Positions 1 through 12,115 of a stretch of DNA of 64,000 nucleotides are shown piece by piece (position 1 is the first letter of the stretch; each line of letters opens with the position of its first letter). The stretch is from NCBI GenBank assembly GCA_977017645.1, contig OZ360222.1:85436001-85500000 (forward strand), given 5' to 3'. The notes beneath the pieces are model-generated. The model saw nothing but the letters and a program-made list of their open reading frames with translations, ran no database searches and was not told the origin of the DNA. Made by a program: the position numbers and the translations under genes. The stretch comes from Torpedo marmorata. Lineage: Eukaryota.

Positions 1-193
1 AAATAGTTTGGACTTTAACACACACACATTTACACATAGTGGGGTATAAATTAGAGTTAAGTTTAGAGATAAGTAATATATGTTATGTTATTAATAGTTT
101 AAATAAAACTATTATTTTGAATTTACCATTGTCTGGTGCATCTTCCATTGTTGTTCCTTTGTTAGTACTAACAGGGTTTGTTAATTCGTAACA
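1..193 (+). repeat. 3' end of the 5' LTR
   Basis: Ends ...TTCGTAACA. By hand count it differs from 5728-5926 by about 7 substitutions and one 6-nt indel. Confidence 0.9.
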
Positions 194-197
194 AAAT

Positions 198-215
198 TGG
201 GGGCTCGTTCATGAT
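198..215 (+). other. Primer-binding site, tRNA-Pro
   Basis: TGGGGGCTCGTTCATGAT versus canonical TGGGGGCTCGTCCGGGAT (15/18), 4 nt after the LTR-terminal CA. Confidence 0.88.
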
Positions 216-313
216 GTTTACTAAAGATTTATGAGCTTAATGAAAGCTTATTTGATCGATTAAAATTCGATTTGTTTGGTTAAATTTCTTTTTGAAAGCA
301 AATTAAAAGGCTT

Positions 314-316
<3 letters not shown>

Positions 317-392
<76 letters not shown>
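317..392 (+). repeat. (GT)38 microsatellite
   Basis: Direct reading of the sequence. Confidence 0.97.
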
Positions 393-395
<3 letters not shown>

Positions 396-1303
396 CAAAA
401 CAGCAGCAATGGGTTTTGGTAAATGTTTGGTCACACCAAGTGGTGTAGATTTGAAAGTGAAGACTTGGTCAAAGTCTGCAAAAATTGCAGATGATTATGT
501 TTTAAACCCCAAAACTAAGTGTGGGCCAAGTGAAACTTTCCAAATGAGAATTGATAAGCTTTCGGAATGGCCAAGCTCTGTTGAGTTGCAGATGGGCGAG
601 AAGGAGGAGTTTCCTGAGTGGAAATCTTACTCTCTTGAGCAGCAGCTAAAGCTGAGGAAAATGGAGTTAGAAAAATATAAAATTGATAAACAGTATGAGC
701 TGGAGATAGAAAAACTTAAATTAGAGAGAGAGAGAAAGAGAGAGAGAAAAAAAATAGACTGGAGGCAGAATGGTAAAGGAGATTTAAGGCAGAAGAAGCA
801 GAAAAAAAACAGGAGGTTTGAAGATAAAAGGAGAGAAGAAGAAAAAAGAGGTTTGAAATAGAAATGAAAGAAATGGAAACTTGGTCAGATTTTGCAGAAT
901 TTGCAAATGAGTATGATTTAAATCCAGAGCTTAAATTAAAGCCAAGTGAAACTTTTAAAAAGGGACAAAATTCTGCTACATTTGCAGATGACTATCACAA
1001 TGTGAAATTTGTACCCAATAAACCTTTTCAGAAGGGTAACATGAAGTACCAAAATAAGGTAGAAAATAGATGGGGAAAACCTTTCGGTTCATTTTGTGAC
1101 TATTGTAAGAAACATCGTCATGTGGTAGAGAATTGTCTTTTTCTTGAAGAGAAAGAGAGAACAGGAAGCAGTGCCAGATGCTTGTATTCAAAGAGATGAA
1201 AACCAGGGAAGTAAAGAAGGTAATTTAAAGTACCCAAATAAGTTTGAAGCTAAATGGGGAATTGTAGCCAGTAAAGAAAGTGCTGAGCAACTGATGTAAA
1301 AGC

Positions 1304-3030
1304 AATGTCTAAAAGATATTTAACATATCTTGGGGTTAACATTACAGTGAAATTTGATCACCTCTATAAAGAGAATTTTCTTCCTCTATTGAATAAAGTT
1401 AAAAATTTAACTAAAGGGTGGTCTCCGTTAATGATGTCATTAATTGGTCATATAAACATTATAAAAATAAATATTTTACCTAAATTTGTGTATGTATTCC
1501 AAGCACTTCCAGTATTTCTCCCTAAATAGACTCTTTAATTTCATCTTTTATTTGGAATGGTAAAAGACCAAGAGTAAGAAAGGAAGTACTACAAAATGAC
1601 AAACCACAGGGTGGTTTTGCTTTACCTAACTTCAGGAATTATTATTGGGCTGCTAACATTAGATTTATTAATATTTGGATACATTTAAGAATTATCAAGA
1701 AAGATTTAAATGGATGAAATGAAGATTATAGGTACACATTCGTTTGTATCTATATTAGGAATGCCATCACCCTTTAAATATTCCAAAATTTATAATAACA
1801 AGATAGTTAAACAAATGTTAAAAATATGGTTCCAATTCAGAAAAGCAAATAATTTCCTTAATTTCTTGCTTGATAGTACAATAAATTTCAAAATTTTTTA
1901 CCCCAGCTTGTAAGATAGAGGGTTCCAGATTTGGCAAGATCACGGTGTACGTTCATTTAAAGACTTGTTTATAGACTCTAATTTTATTACTTTTGAACAG
2001 ATGGTTAATAAGTATAACTTATCTGGAATCAATTAATTTAGATACTTTCAAGTTAGGAATTTTATAAATTCTTTGAGATTGGAGTTTCCTTTAGATTTAA
2101 AGTTAGTAATCATAGAAAAGGTTTTTACTATTACTCCTGATATACCAAAACCATTGTCAGTATTTTATAACCTTTTAAAAGAAAATGTGATACAGCATGT
2201 GGATAAAATAAAGGAGGCTTGGGAAAGAGATTTTTTTTTTTTTTTTTATAAAGAAGTTTTTTCACCTTCAGTGTGGTCCAATATTTTGGACCGTATCCAT
2301 ACCTCTTCATTATGTGCAAGACATAATTTCATTCAATTCAAAGTAGTTTACAGAGCTCATTACTCAAAATCTTTACTGGCTAAATTTTCATTAAATATAT
2401 CATCTATGTGTGATAGATGTAATGTTCATGAAGGTACATTATTTCACATGTTTTGGTTGTGCCCTAAGTTAGTTAGATTTTGGAACCAAATTTTTTGCAC
2501 TCTTTCTTTGGTTTTAGCTACTCAATTAGATCCAAATCCACTTATAGCAATATTTGGTATAAATTATCCTAGTAATCATGATCTTACTAATAATCAAAAA
2601 CATGTGATTGCTTTTTCTTCTCTGGTTGCAAGGCGACAGATCTTGCTAAAATGGAAGGATGGTAATCCTCCTATCTATGAAGATTGGCTATCAAGTTTAA
2701 TGTCCTATTTAACATTAGAAAAAATTAGATGTTCAAATATTAAATTAAACCTAAAATTTACTAATATTTGGGGTTCCTTTATGGACTATTATCAGAGTTT
2801 ATGATTCCTCATGCTTTGAAGTTATATTATCTCTACAGGTCAGTGCAATTCTGGGGTGGGGGTAGGTGGTAGGTTAGTTTAGATTGCTTTAGCTTTTATA
2901 AAAAATGTATTACGATGAAATTACGATGTTATCTTTTTTTTGTGGCTTGGTTCTTTTTATATCTATTGGTATTATAATACTAAATTGTAAAGAAATTTTT
3001 ATATATTTATATATATATAAATAAATAAAC
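1304..3030 (+). mobile_element. 5'-truncated L1-clade LINE nested in the Gypsy element
   Basis: ORF2 fragments YLGVNIT, KINILPKF, GGFALPNF and CDRC..EGTLFHMFWLCPKL..FW..LEKIR, with stop at 2804. G-rich 3'UTR and AT-rich tail. Confidence 0.9.
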
Positions 3031-3235
3031 TTTTCCAGTGAAGAAAATGCTGGACAGATTGATTTAAAAGACACAAAAGCTTGTGAAATTAAAAAACAGG
3101 CACAGGAAAAAGCAGGCTGTGATGATTCATCAGTCACTTTAATTTTTTCTTTGTTTGACCAGAGTTCTGGTATTAAACTTGAAAGTAGTGACATTGCACA
3201 GAAGATGCAAAAGGATTTGTCATCATCCAGGGCAA

Positions 3236-3557
3236 AATTTGATATCTGGTTAAGGTTTCCTTAATAGTAGTAAAATTTCCCAAAAGGCATATCTCTGGAT
3301 CTAAAATTAGAGTAACTCCAATAACTTTAGATAAGATGTCACAGAGATTATGCCAAAATTGTCTCAATTTACAGCACATCCATGTTGAATGATAAAAACT
3401 TGTTTGTTTTTAATGTTATACGTAATTTTCTCCAATGGAATACAACTATTTATTTCTGAAGTACATCTATCAATAGACAATGGGGAATCTGACTTCCAAG
3501 TAGTCATTAAACACTTTGTAGCCACACAAAAAGCTATTCCCAAAAATATAATTTGAT
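3236..3557 (-). mobile_element. Circularly permuted L1 ORF2 C-terminal fragment
   Basis: Minus strand reads QIIFLGIAFCVATKC...IPLEKITYNIKNKQV, then FYHSTWMCCKLRQFW...TRYQI. AATTTGAT is repeated at 3236-3243 and 3550-3557. Confidence 0.8.
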
Positions 3558-3579
3558 TTAAAGTTTATATTTTATATTT

Positions 3580-4664
3580 TTGGATAGGCAAAATCTATCA
3601 TACAGAATGAATATTGAAAAGAGTAAACAGGTAGATCAAGAGATTGAGTGCATGTTAAAGAATAATATTATTAGATGTTCTACTTCAGATTGGAGTTCAC
3701 CCTGTGTACCAGTACCTAAATCAGATGGGACAGTTAGATTTTGCACTGATTATAGAAAAGTTAATGCAGTGACAAAGACAGATGCTTATCCTATCCCTAG
3801 GGTGAATGATTGTGTGGATAAGATTGGAAAAGCTACCTTTCTTACAAAGATAAATTTATTAAAAGGTTACTGGTGTGTTCCCTTAACAGAAAGAGGAAGG
3901 GAAATTTCTGCTTTTGTAACCCTGTCAGGTTTATATGAATACAATGTTTTACCATTTGGAATAAAGAATGCTCCAGGAACATTTCAAAGGATGATTAATT
4001 CTATGACTCAAGATTTAAAACATACAGATGCTTATATTGATGACTTGGTTACAGGGAATGATACATGGGAAGAACATATCTCTGCGTTAGAGAAATTGTT
4101 TGATAAACTTTTGAAAGCCAATCTTACTGTTAATTTAGCTAAAAGTGAATTTTGTCATGCTAAGGTGACTTATCTTGGTTGTGTTGTTGGCCAAGGAAAA
4201 GTGGCGCCTGTTCAAGCTAAAGTTCAGACAATTATTGAATTTCCTGTACCCATGGGTGAGGAGATTTTTAGGAATAGTTGGGTACTACAGAAAATTCTGT
4301 AAAATTTTTGCTGACATTGCCATTCTTCTGACTAATCTTTTAAAGAAGAGTGACTATGATAATATTGAACATCCAGTGGCTTATGTATTTAAGAAATTCA
4401 ATCAACACCAAAAGAATTATTCTACTATTGAAAAGGAATTATTGTCTCTTGTATGGGCTTTGCAACACTGACATTTATATTTGAAATGCTATGGGATCAA
4501 TTGTGATTTACACTGACCATAATTCGTTAGTGTTTGTGAGTAAAATTAAAAATAAAAATAGATGATTATTGAACTGGAGTTTAATTTTACAAGAATATGA
4601 CTTGGTTATAACACATATTAGGGGCAGAGACAATGTCATTGCTGATTGCCTGTCTAGATGTTGA
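3580..4664 (+). pseudogene. Gypsy pol remnant: RT and RNase H
   Basis: WSSPCVPVPKSDG..RFCTDYRKVN, DAYPIPR, LPFGIKNAPGTFQR, AYIDD, RRFLGIVGYYRKF, NYSTIEKELL. Frameshifted, with an internal deletion. Confidence 0.93.
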
Positions 4665-4767
4665 ATTTACATGTTATTTCTGCTATATTTGTTTGTATCA
4701 TGTTGTGTAAGAAATCTATCAAATAAATGGTAGATTGCAGTTCAAAATTTTCTCTATGGGAAAGAGG

Positions 4768-5926
4768 TGTAATGGATATGTTAAAGTTGATATTAATATT
4801 TAAAGTTAAGTTATATAATTATATATCTTAGTAAAGTTAGTTTTTGGGTGGACAGGGCACATTTGCATTTTACAAACACAATTACTCTCAGAGTCCTTCT
4901 TGAAATTGCAGCTGGGAGTTTTCGGAGTCAACGCGTCTTGGAAAACAAAGCCATAAAAACTGAAGTGGTTCTTAATTGAAACTCAAGAACAATGGGTGGT
5001 TGCTTAAAAGCATTTTTGTGTACACAGCATTCTGCTGGCTGATGGCAGTCAGACTATTCGGAGTCATAATCACTTATAATTTTGGACAGAGATGAGGTCA
5101 GATGTGTTTAGCATTTAGATGTAAAATAACTTAAAAAGGCCATCTGCCATGATTCATGTTTTTGGAGAAATGAAACTAAAACTGTGGTGATGTAATGTCA
5201 CATGATGTCAGAGACCCATATTACTGAAGAAGAGAGACATTTTGAATCAGACTATACCAGACTGGAGAAACTCTGACACTTTGGAAAGACAAAGATTTGA
5301 AGCATTCTGAAGAAATTTGACTTCCTGGAAAGTCAGGATTATGAGCAGTGATCTCTGAATGGATAGAGGTACTGTCTCTGTGTATTATCCTTATCATAGG
5401 AAATACATAATAAGTGGCTTTTAAAATAAGTAAGACCACTTTCCAATTGCTTCTATGAAAAGAGGTCATCACCGTATGTTACTCCTGATTAAGAAAGAAA
5501 TCATCATAAAGATCACAGTTCCGTAACCTTAACAAGAAAGAGGGAAACCTGTGAAAAAACTCATTTGAAAGACAACTCATCAAAAGACGTGTGAGTTTGA
5601 AAGAAATCGAATGCTCCATTCTTGCTTTATAATAACTTCTGAATCACAATTTAAAGGGATCCTAAAGTTCAACAAGAAGTTGGAAACTGGTCTTTAAAAC
5701 TGACTTTTCAGATGTAAGTTTAAACTGAAATAGTTTGGACTTTAACACACACACATTTACATTTGCGCATAGTGGGGTTTAAATTAGAGTTAAGTTTAGA
5801 GATAAGTAATATATGTTATGTTATTAATAGTTTAAATAAAACTATTCTTTTGAATTTACCATTGTCTGGTGCATCTTCCATTGCTGTTCCTTTGTTAGTA
5901 CTAACAAGGTTTGTTAGTTCGTAAAA
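4768..5926 (+). repeat. 3' LTR (~1.16 kb)
   Basis: Starts TGTAA right after the polypurine tract GGGAAAGAGG (4758-4767). The end matches 1-193, with terminal CA mutated to AA. Confidence 0.88.
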
Positions 5927-5934
5927 TAACCAAT

Positions 5935-7030
5935 ACCTTGCCCAATGAAGGCAAGCATGACAACTGGCTGCTTCACTAGCCTGTTCACCTGAGTCACCAC
6001 TTTCATGGAAGAATGGACTTGTACCACTAAGTCTCTCTGTCCTACGCATTCTTCCACTGGGCCCTGCCTTTTGCTGCGCAAATCCTACCCTGGTTTGATT
6101 TACCAAACTGCGCACCTCACACTTGCCAAGAGTTAAATTTCATTTGCCGCTCTCTTTCCCACCTTCCTAATTGATCTAGATATTGTTGTAAACTTATCCT
6201 TCATCACTGTCCACTTCACCAATTTTAACATCTGCAATTTTACTAATTTTATTAACTAGAATAGTTTCTTGAACCTCCCATTACTACACTAGCCATAAAC
6301 TACTCCAACACCACAAAAAGGACTGCCTGCACTGTTGTAACACCACTTTTATTCTTTCTTGCACTATGGTAACTAAATATTTATTATCCATCCTTTGTAT
6401 TTATTGTATATATTACAGTAAAACCCCTGTTATCTGGAATTCAAGCAACCGGCAGGCTCAAGCAACCAGCAAATAAATTGTGGAAAATAAATAGGTAAAA
6501 AATACAGAAGTTTAAAATTGGTGCACCTTGCCGTTAGCACAACAATCACGCAACACGCAGTCTCAAGCAACCGGAAAATTCACTGATCTGGCATTTACCA
6601 ATCCCCATAGGTGCCAGATACCAGCGGTTTTACTGTATTTCTTTACAACTTAATGGATAGCATTGTAGCTTATTTAAATAAACAAAGTACCTGTTCGGTT
6701 GCAACAAGTGCATGTGTACATTGTACAACATATGACAATCTCATCATTATAATTACGATTTTGATGACAAACAACAGTGGACCCAGCACAGACTCCTCCA
6801 GCACTCTACTGATCACAGGCCTCCAATCAGAAATGCAACCATCCACTACTAGCCTCTGACTCCATTAGCCAGCTCACCATGAATCCCACGTGATCCAATT
6901 TTACAGACTAGCCTGCCATGCGAGACCTTGTCACAAGCCTTGACAAAGTCCATTCACTTTGAACATTCACTGCTATGCCCTCAGCCCTTTTGGTCATCTC
7001 TTCAAGATTCAATCAGATTCATCATGAGAC
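5935..7030 (-). mobile_element. Old CR1-type LINE RT fragments, interrupted by a MITE
   Basis: Reverse complement of ~6770-6830 resembles the GVPQGSVLGPLLF region. 6100-6250 resembles the downstream RT part. Highly decayed. Confidence 0.6.
6416..6635. mobile_element. Tc1/mariner-superfamily (Tigger/pogo-like) MITE, 220 bp
   Basis: TIRs CAGTAAAACCCCTG...CAGCGGTTTTACTG flanked by TA on both sides. Shares its ends with 25827-26491. Confidence 0.85.
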
Positions 7031-7968
7031 ATCCCTTGAATGATTCAAAACACTGGCTTCCAATCCAGTAAATTTATTGTTACACCACTACATCCCAATG
7101 ACAAATTATATCAGTAACATACAAAATATTATGCAATAATTTCCCAAATAATTAAAAAATAATTTAAAAACCTGAAAATTCATTACGTTATGATCACTCT
7201 TCACCACATCTTTTAAAACAATCATTTCTATATCATTACACAATCAGATACAAAATTAGCTGTTTGCTCATGCTAACCTTCTATTCCGATAAACCGTCGA
7301 GTAGATTTCATCAATTCCTTACAAAAACATCTTTGCCAATTTAATTTGACCTATCTTTATCAAAATTTTTATATTAATTTTGTTCCAAACCTGATTCTTT
7401 TAAAACCGAAAGCATGTTCAGTGTACTACTATGAAGTGCCTAAAGATTAAATCCAGAGTTTTCAGCCCCTCTTCCTTTACATCCACCCAAAAAGGATTTC
7501 AATTTCATTTCCTTTTCTTTGGTGCTTAAGTTGACCCACCCCCACATTTTCTTACCCTAACATTTTTCTGGTGGTTATCTGTCTGTAATGTGGTAACCTG
7601 GGATATACAAATCCCAATTTTGTTTACAGCCATATCTCTGAAACAACTCTCAGAAAAATAAAAAAATCACACTCTATTTGTTGCGAATTCATCTAACTTG
7701 TTATGAATGGTTTGTGCATTCTGGGGAAGCCAGGGGACTCTTTTGACTCATCATTTTTCTCTACTTTGACATTTCATAGCTAAGCTTTTACTGAGATGCA
7801 TTGTGTTCCACCCTGTCACACTCTGCTAATCATGAATCATTGTGTCACTACCCTTTATATTTCTAGAGTTTCACACCTCAGTTTAAAGCTTTATCTGCAG
7901 CCTTGGTTATTCAGTTGGCCAGGCCACTAGCCATGTGTCAATACAGAGCAATTCCCTCCTTCCCAGTA

Positions 7969-8185
7969 CAGATAGACCCATACTTACGATATCCCGACAT
8001 ACGATATTTCAAAGTTACGATGGCTCTGATCTCGCAGTTTTTTTGGCAAATCTTGCGTTTTTTCCCCCCCAGCAAATCTCGTGTTTTTTCACCTGGCAAA
8101 TCTTGCGCCGATTTCAACTTACGATAATTTCAATTTATAATGCGAGTCCCGGAACCGAACCCCATTGTAAGTCGGGGTCTACCTG
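7969..8185. mobile_element. TA-flanked MITE (Tigger-like), 217 bp
   Basis: TA|CAGATAGACCCATACTTACGAT ... ATTGTAAGTCGGGGTCTACCTG|TA. Internal 3x GCAAATCT repeats. CpG-rich relative to the flanks. Confidence 0.8.
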
Positions 8186-8402
8186 TACCAGTTTGCCAGT
8201 CACTATGAACGGAGGCTCCATTCTCGCAATACCATTCCTTCAGCTCTAATCCTTTTCAACTTTTATAATTTTGCATAGGGCTTTCTTTTCGTGAAGTTGT
8301 TTAATTTATACTCTGGATTCTCACCCTTTCTCTGCAGAATCTCTTTCCCAGTACTACCTACGTTGTTGAATTGTTCTTGACAACTGGATCATCCTTCTCC
8401 AC

Positions 8403-8575
8403 CTGAGTTTGTACACTCTCCCCGTGATGACGTGCGTTTCCTCCAGGTGCTCTGGTTTCCTTCCACATTCCAAAGCTGTACGAGGTTCGTGGTTTAGTTG
8501 GTCACATGGGTGTATTTGGGTGTTGCAGGCTCATGAGTCGGAAGGGCCTGTTACCATGCTGCATCTCCAAATTAA
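8403..8575 (+). mobile_element. Partial V-SINE
   Basis: GAGTTTGTACACTCTCCCCGTG...GGTTTCC core shared with the 11871 and 13548 copies. Confidence 0.75.
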
Positions 8576-8899
8576 ACCTCCAAGGAGGTGTCTTTACACT
8601 TAATACCAGATTGGCAATGTGACGTTTCAAACATATTTGGGGCTGCAGAGCATCATGCACCTTTCATTTATCTAACTGGCCTCTGCCACTAGCAGTACCC
8701 ACATTGCCGTTCACCAAGTCTTGAATCAGACACTGTGTTGTGGTCTGATTCTCCAAATACATTGCACATTTCAAACCCAATTTCACTATATAGTGTTAAT
8801 TATACATAAAATGTGCATTTTTGCAAACATTGGAGTGATGTGCCACTGAGATTACTGCTGGGGTCTTAGCCTTCAATTTATATAATTGACTTAGATGCA

Positions 8900-9910
8900 G
8901 GCACAAAAATATGATTAATAAATTGGCCAGTGGCACAAACAGAAAGTTGGCGGTGAGGAGAGCATGAGAGGCTACAAAGGGAGAGAGTGAAACACGATAG
9001 GCTGCAGACGCTGTGATTGTAGTAAACACACCGAAATGCTGGAGGAACTCAGCTGGTCTTTTCAGCATCTATAGGAGACAAAGATATTTTGCCGACGTTT
9101 CGGGCCTGAGCCCTTCTTCAAGGAAAAACCAAAGGGAGAGACACAAATTAAGTGAGTGGGCAAAGATCTGGCCAATGGAATATAATGTTGAAAATATGAA
9201 GTTATCCATTTTGGCAGGAAGAAAACAACAAACAATCTAAATGGTGAGAGATTGCAGAACTCTGAGATGCAGGGGGTTCTGGAAATTCAAGTGCTGAATC
9301 CCTAAAAGTTAATATGCAGGTGTACCAAGCAATTAGGAAAGCTAACAGAATATTAACATTAATTTCTATGGTAAATGAATCCATATACAAATAAGATTAT
9401 GCTTCAGTTAAAAAGCACATTGGGGAAATACTAGGGCATTTTGCACTGCACTGCTCTCCTTAATTAAAGGAAGGATGTAATTGTGTTGGAAGCAGATCAG
9501 AGAAAGCTTACTGGACCCATAACTGGATTGCTCAGGTTTTCTTGAAAGAACACTTTGGATAAGCTTGGCCTGTGCCTGCAAGAGCTGACAAGAATGAGAG
9601 AGGAATGTTTAAGATTGAACTGCTTAAGATGCTGAAGGGTTTTGATGAGGTGAATCTTGAGAGGGCGTTTTTTTCTTGGGGAATACTCTAGAATTTAGGG
9701 GTCACTATTCAAAAATGACAGTTATTCATTTAAGTTAGAGATGAAGCGAGGCTTTTTCTCTCAAAGCTCAACTCTCTTAAGTATGGAGAGGACCTTGATA
9801 GGCAAAGGGCTACCAGTGGAAAGCAAGTTGAGTTAAATATCTGATATGCCATGACCTTACTCAATCTCTTGAGGGGCTGAATGACTTATCCCTGCTCTCA
9901 ATTTGTATGT
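8900..9910 (+). mobile_element. CR1-clade LINE 3' fragment
   Basis: Decayed LQRD..LSEWAKIWPMEYNV, IRKANRIL and LEA.QR..T segments, with a typical GGGGCTGAATGAC...CTGCT tail. Confidence 0.75.
8987..9129 (-). mobile_element. Penelope-derived terminal fragment with hammerhead-like motif, inserted in CR1
   Basis: 12-bp TSD CAAAGGGAGAGA (8975-8986 and 9130-9141). Homologous to the termini of the 21052, 25055 and 35019 elements. Confidence 0.8.
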
Positions 9911-11870
9911 TCACAATTCTGCTCCCATTTCCTGTGAATTCTTGTTAATTAGGAAATTCGACTGGACATATTCAATTCACCCCAACAATGAAGGTAATTT
10001 CCCTGTCATATTTTGTGGACATTATGTTATCAATGTGCCTGGTGCACATAAATTACCTGCAGACTAAACTGGATCAAAAGGTAGTAACTGACAATCTTTG
10101 ATATTAACTCATCATTCAACAGGGAGTGCAATACATTGACATCAACAAGTCCCATGTGATTTAACACTAAAAAAAAAATTGCAAATACCTACCCCAGTCA
10201 GAATGATGCATTAAAAAAAAATACACTGCCACCTCATTCCTGCATAAACCCCACATCTCTTGATTCACTCATCTAAAAATCCATCATTCTGGCTCTTGAA
10301 TGTACTCATGATCTGCACCCACAAGCTTTCTTGGACAGAGAATTCTCAAGATTTACTACCTATGGATGAAGACATTTCACTTAATCCTGAATAGTCAATC
10401 CCTTCCTTTAAGTCTGAGCTCTAGTATGAAGTTTCACCAATGCAGCTAATAGTGAAACAATATTTGAGTAGGACACAAGAACCCAAGAAAATTGGAGCAG
10501 GAGTAGACCACCATACAATGTGATCATGGTATCAACTCCTCTTCGGTGTTAGTTCCCCACAACCAGATTTATCCCAAGCCCTACATTACCAATTTATACA
10601 GGGGACATCATTTTTGTCTTTTAAAGCATTTCTCTGCTGTACCTTTGACTAGTGAAGTATATTCACTGTTTTTTTTTTCAAGATACACGTTGGCTTTTTT
10701 TAAGAAATCCCACATCATTTTTTTCTTTCTAACCTTCTGAAATTCCCCTCACAAGAACTCTAGTTATTCTGAGAACAGACTCTATTCATGGTCAAATTCA
10801 GGTGAAGCCTGTTCCACCAGAATAGTCTCTTCTTTCACCATTATTACCACAATGCAAATAATCTGACCTGCAACTGTTCCTGCTTCCTTTCCGTTCCTTG
10901 CCCACAGTACTGAGCAACACACCAGACTGTAGCCATGAATGTATGTTCTTTAGCATTCCCTATAGTCCTCATGACCGCCAGAAAGATGGTAATGACACTC
11001 GGCTCAATTGTACTCACACTATTGATCCACTTATCTCTTAGTTCCCCAAAAGTGCAGGGGATGATGGACCCGAGATCTTCATCTCACGAGAGATAAAAGA
11101 TAGAAAGGAGTTTTAAGGAATTTCCTCCAAGGCAATAAACTGAATATACAAACTTAAATTATCCATGGTTGATACATTGGTGAATAGATTTTGGATGGTG
11201 AAGCAGAAAGTGCAGACAGTAGTCTAAAACCTGATCAAATGCAGGAAATGCTTACATACAGATACCAGAAATTAATTACTGGTAAATGTAAAGGTCCAAT
11301 TGGATTTATGGGTCATTGATCTGACTTAACTTCTTTCTCCACAGATGCTGCCTCAAGTAATTTCTTTTTTTTCTGATTTTACTTCTTGTAAATGTGCAAC
11401 ATTTTAACAAATTTCAAGCTACAAATATCCATCTTAAGTGCAGAAATAAACATCTTGGTCAAAAAGATATGAAAACGTATTTTAAATTTGGCAACTGTTA
11501 TACACTGTTAACTTTGATCCATAATTATGAATTTCAAGCTTGACAAGTTTCTCTTTTGCTTATTATTTACTGGTTCATTGCTGGTTTGTTGATTATACCA
11601 TAAATATGGAAGTTCAGCAAATTAGGTGCCAATCTGCATATATTAAATTATGGTGACTTCCATGTAACACCAGGTTTTATTAAAATAAAGTTTAGCTTTG
11701 GGTACAAATTCAATTTTTGTGAGGCTCTTGAACAAGGCTCATGTAACACACTGTTTTTATTCTTCCAGAGACTGGGAACAAAAATTCCACGAGCCTCCTT
11801 TTGGCAAACTTACGGCAAAGATAATTGATGAATATCACCTTAAAATCTAGCCAAGGCAAGAAAGCAAAAT

Positions 11871-12115
11871 GGGCAGCACGGTTGGCGTAGCGGTTAGCGC
11901 AATGCCTTTACAGCGGCAGCGATCGGGACTAGGTTTCGAATCCGGCGCTGTCTGTAAGGTGTTTGTACGTTCTCCCCGTGTCTGCATGGGTTTTCCCCAG
12001 GGACTCTGGTTTCCTCCCACTGTTCGAAACGTACCGGGGGTGTCGGTTAATTGGGCGGCATGGACTCGTGGGCCGAAATGGCCTGTTACCATGCTATATG
12101 TCTAAATTTTTTTTT
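11871..12115 (+). mobile_element. tRNA-derived V-SINE
   Basis: A box TGGCGTAGCGG, B box GTTTCGAATCC, V-core GTTTGTACGTTCTCCCCGTG...GGTTTCCTCCCA, tail GGCCTGTTACC...GTCTAAA. Confidence 0.85.

Larger units (their letters stand above)
1..5926 (+). mobile_element. Decayed Ty3/Gypsy LTR retrotransposon, Gmr1-like layout (5' LTR truncated by window edge)
   Basis: Positions 1-193 repeat at 5728-5926. PBS-Pro at 198-215. Gag CCHC knuckle CDYCKKHRHVVENC. RT (YIDD) at 3580-4302 and RNase H (NYSTIEKELL...ADCLSR*) to ~4664, directly followed by the PPT and 3' LTR. Many stops and frameshifts. Confidence 0.92.

Noticed and set aside
319-861. ORF with poly-(CV) N-terminus
   Set aside because: The CV run is a translated (GT)n microsatellite fused to a decayed gag. 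It is not a host gene.
11871-11950. tRNA gene
   Set aside because: The A/B boxes belong to a SINE head that continues into the V-core and LINE-like tail, and there is no full cloverleaf.
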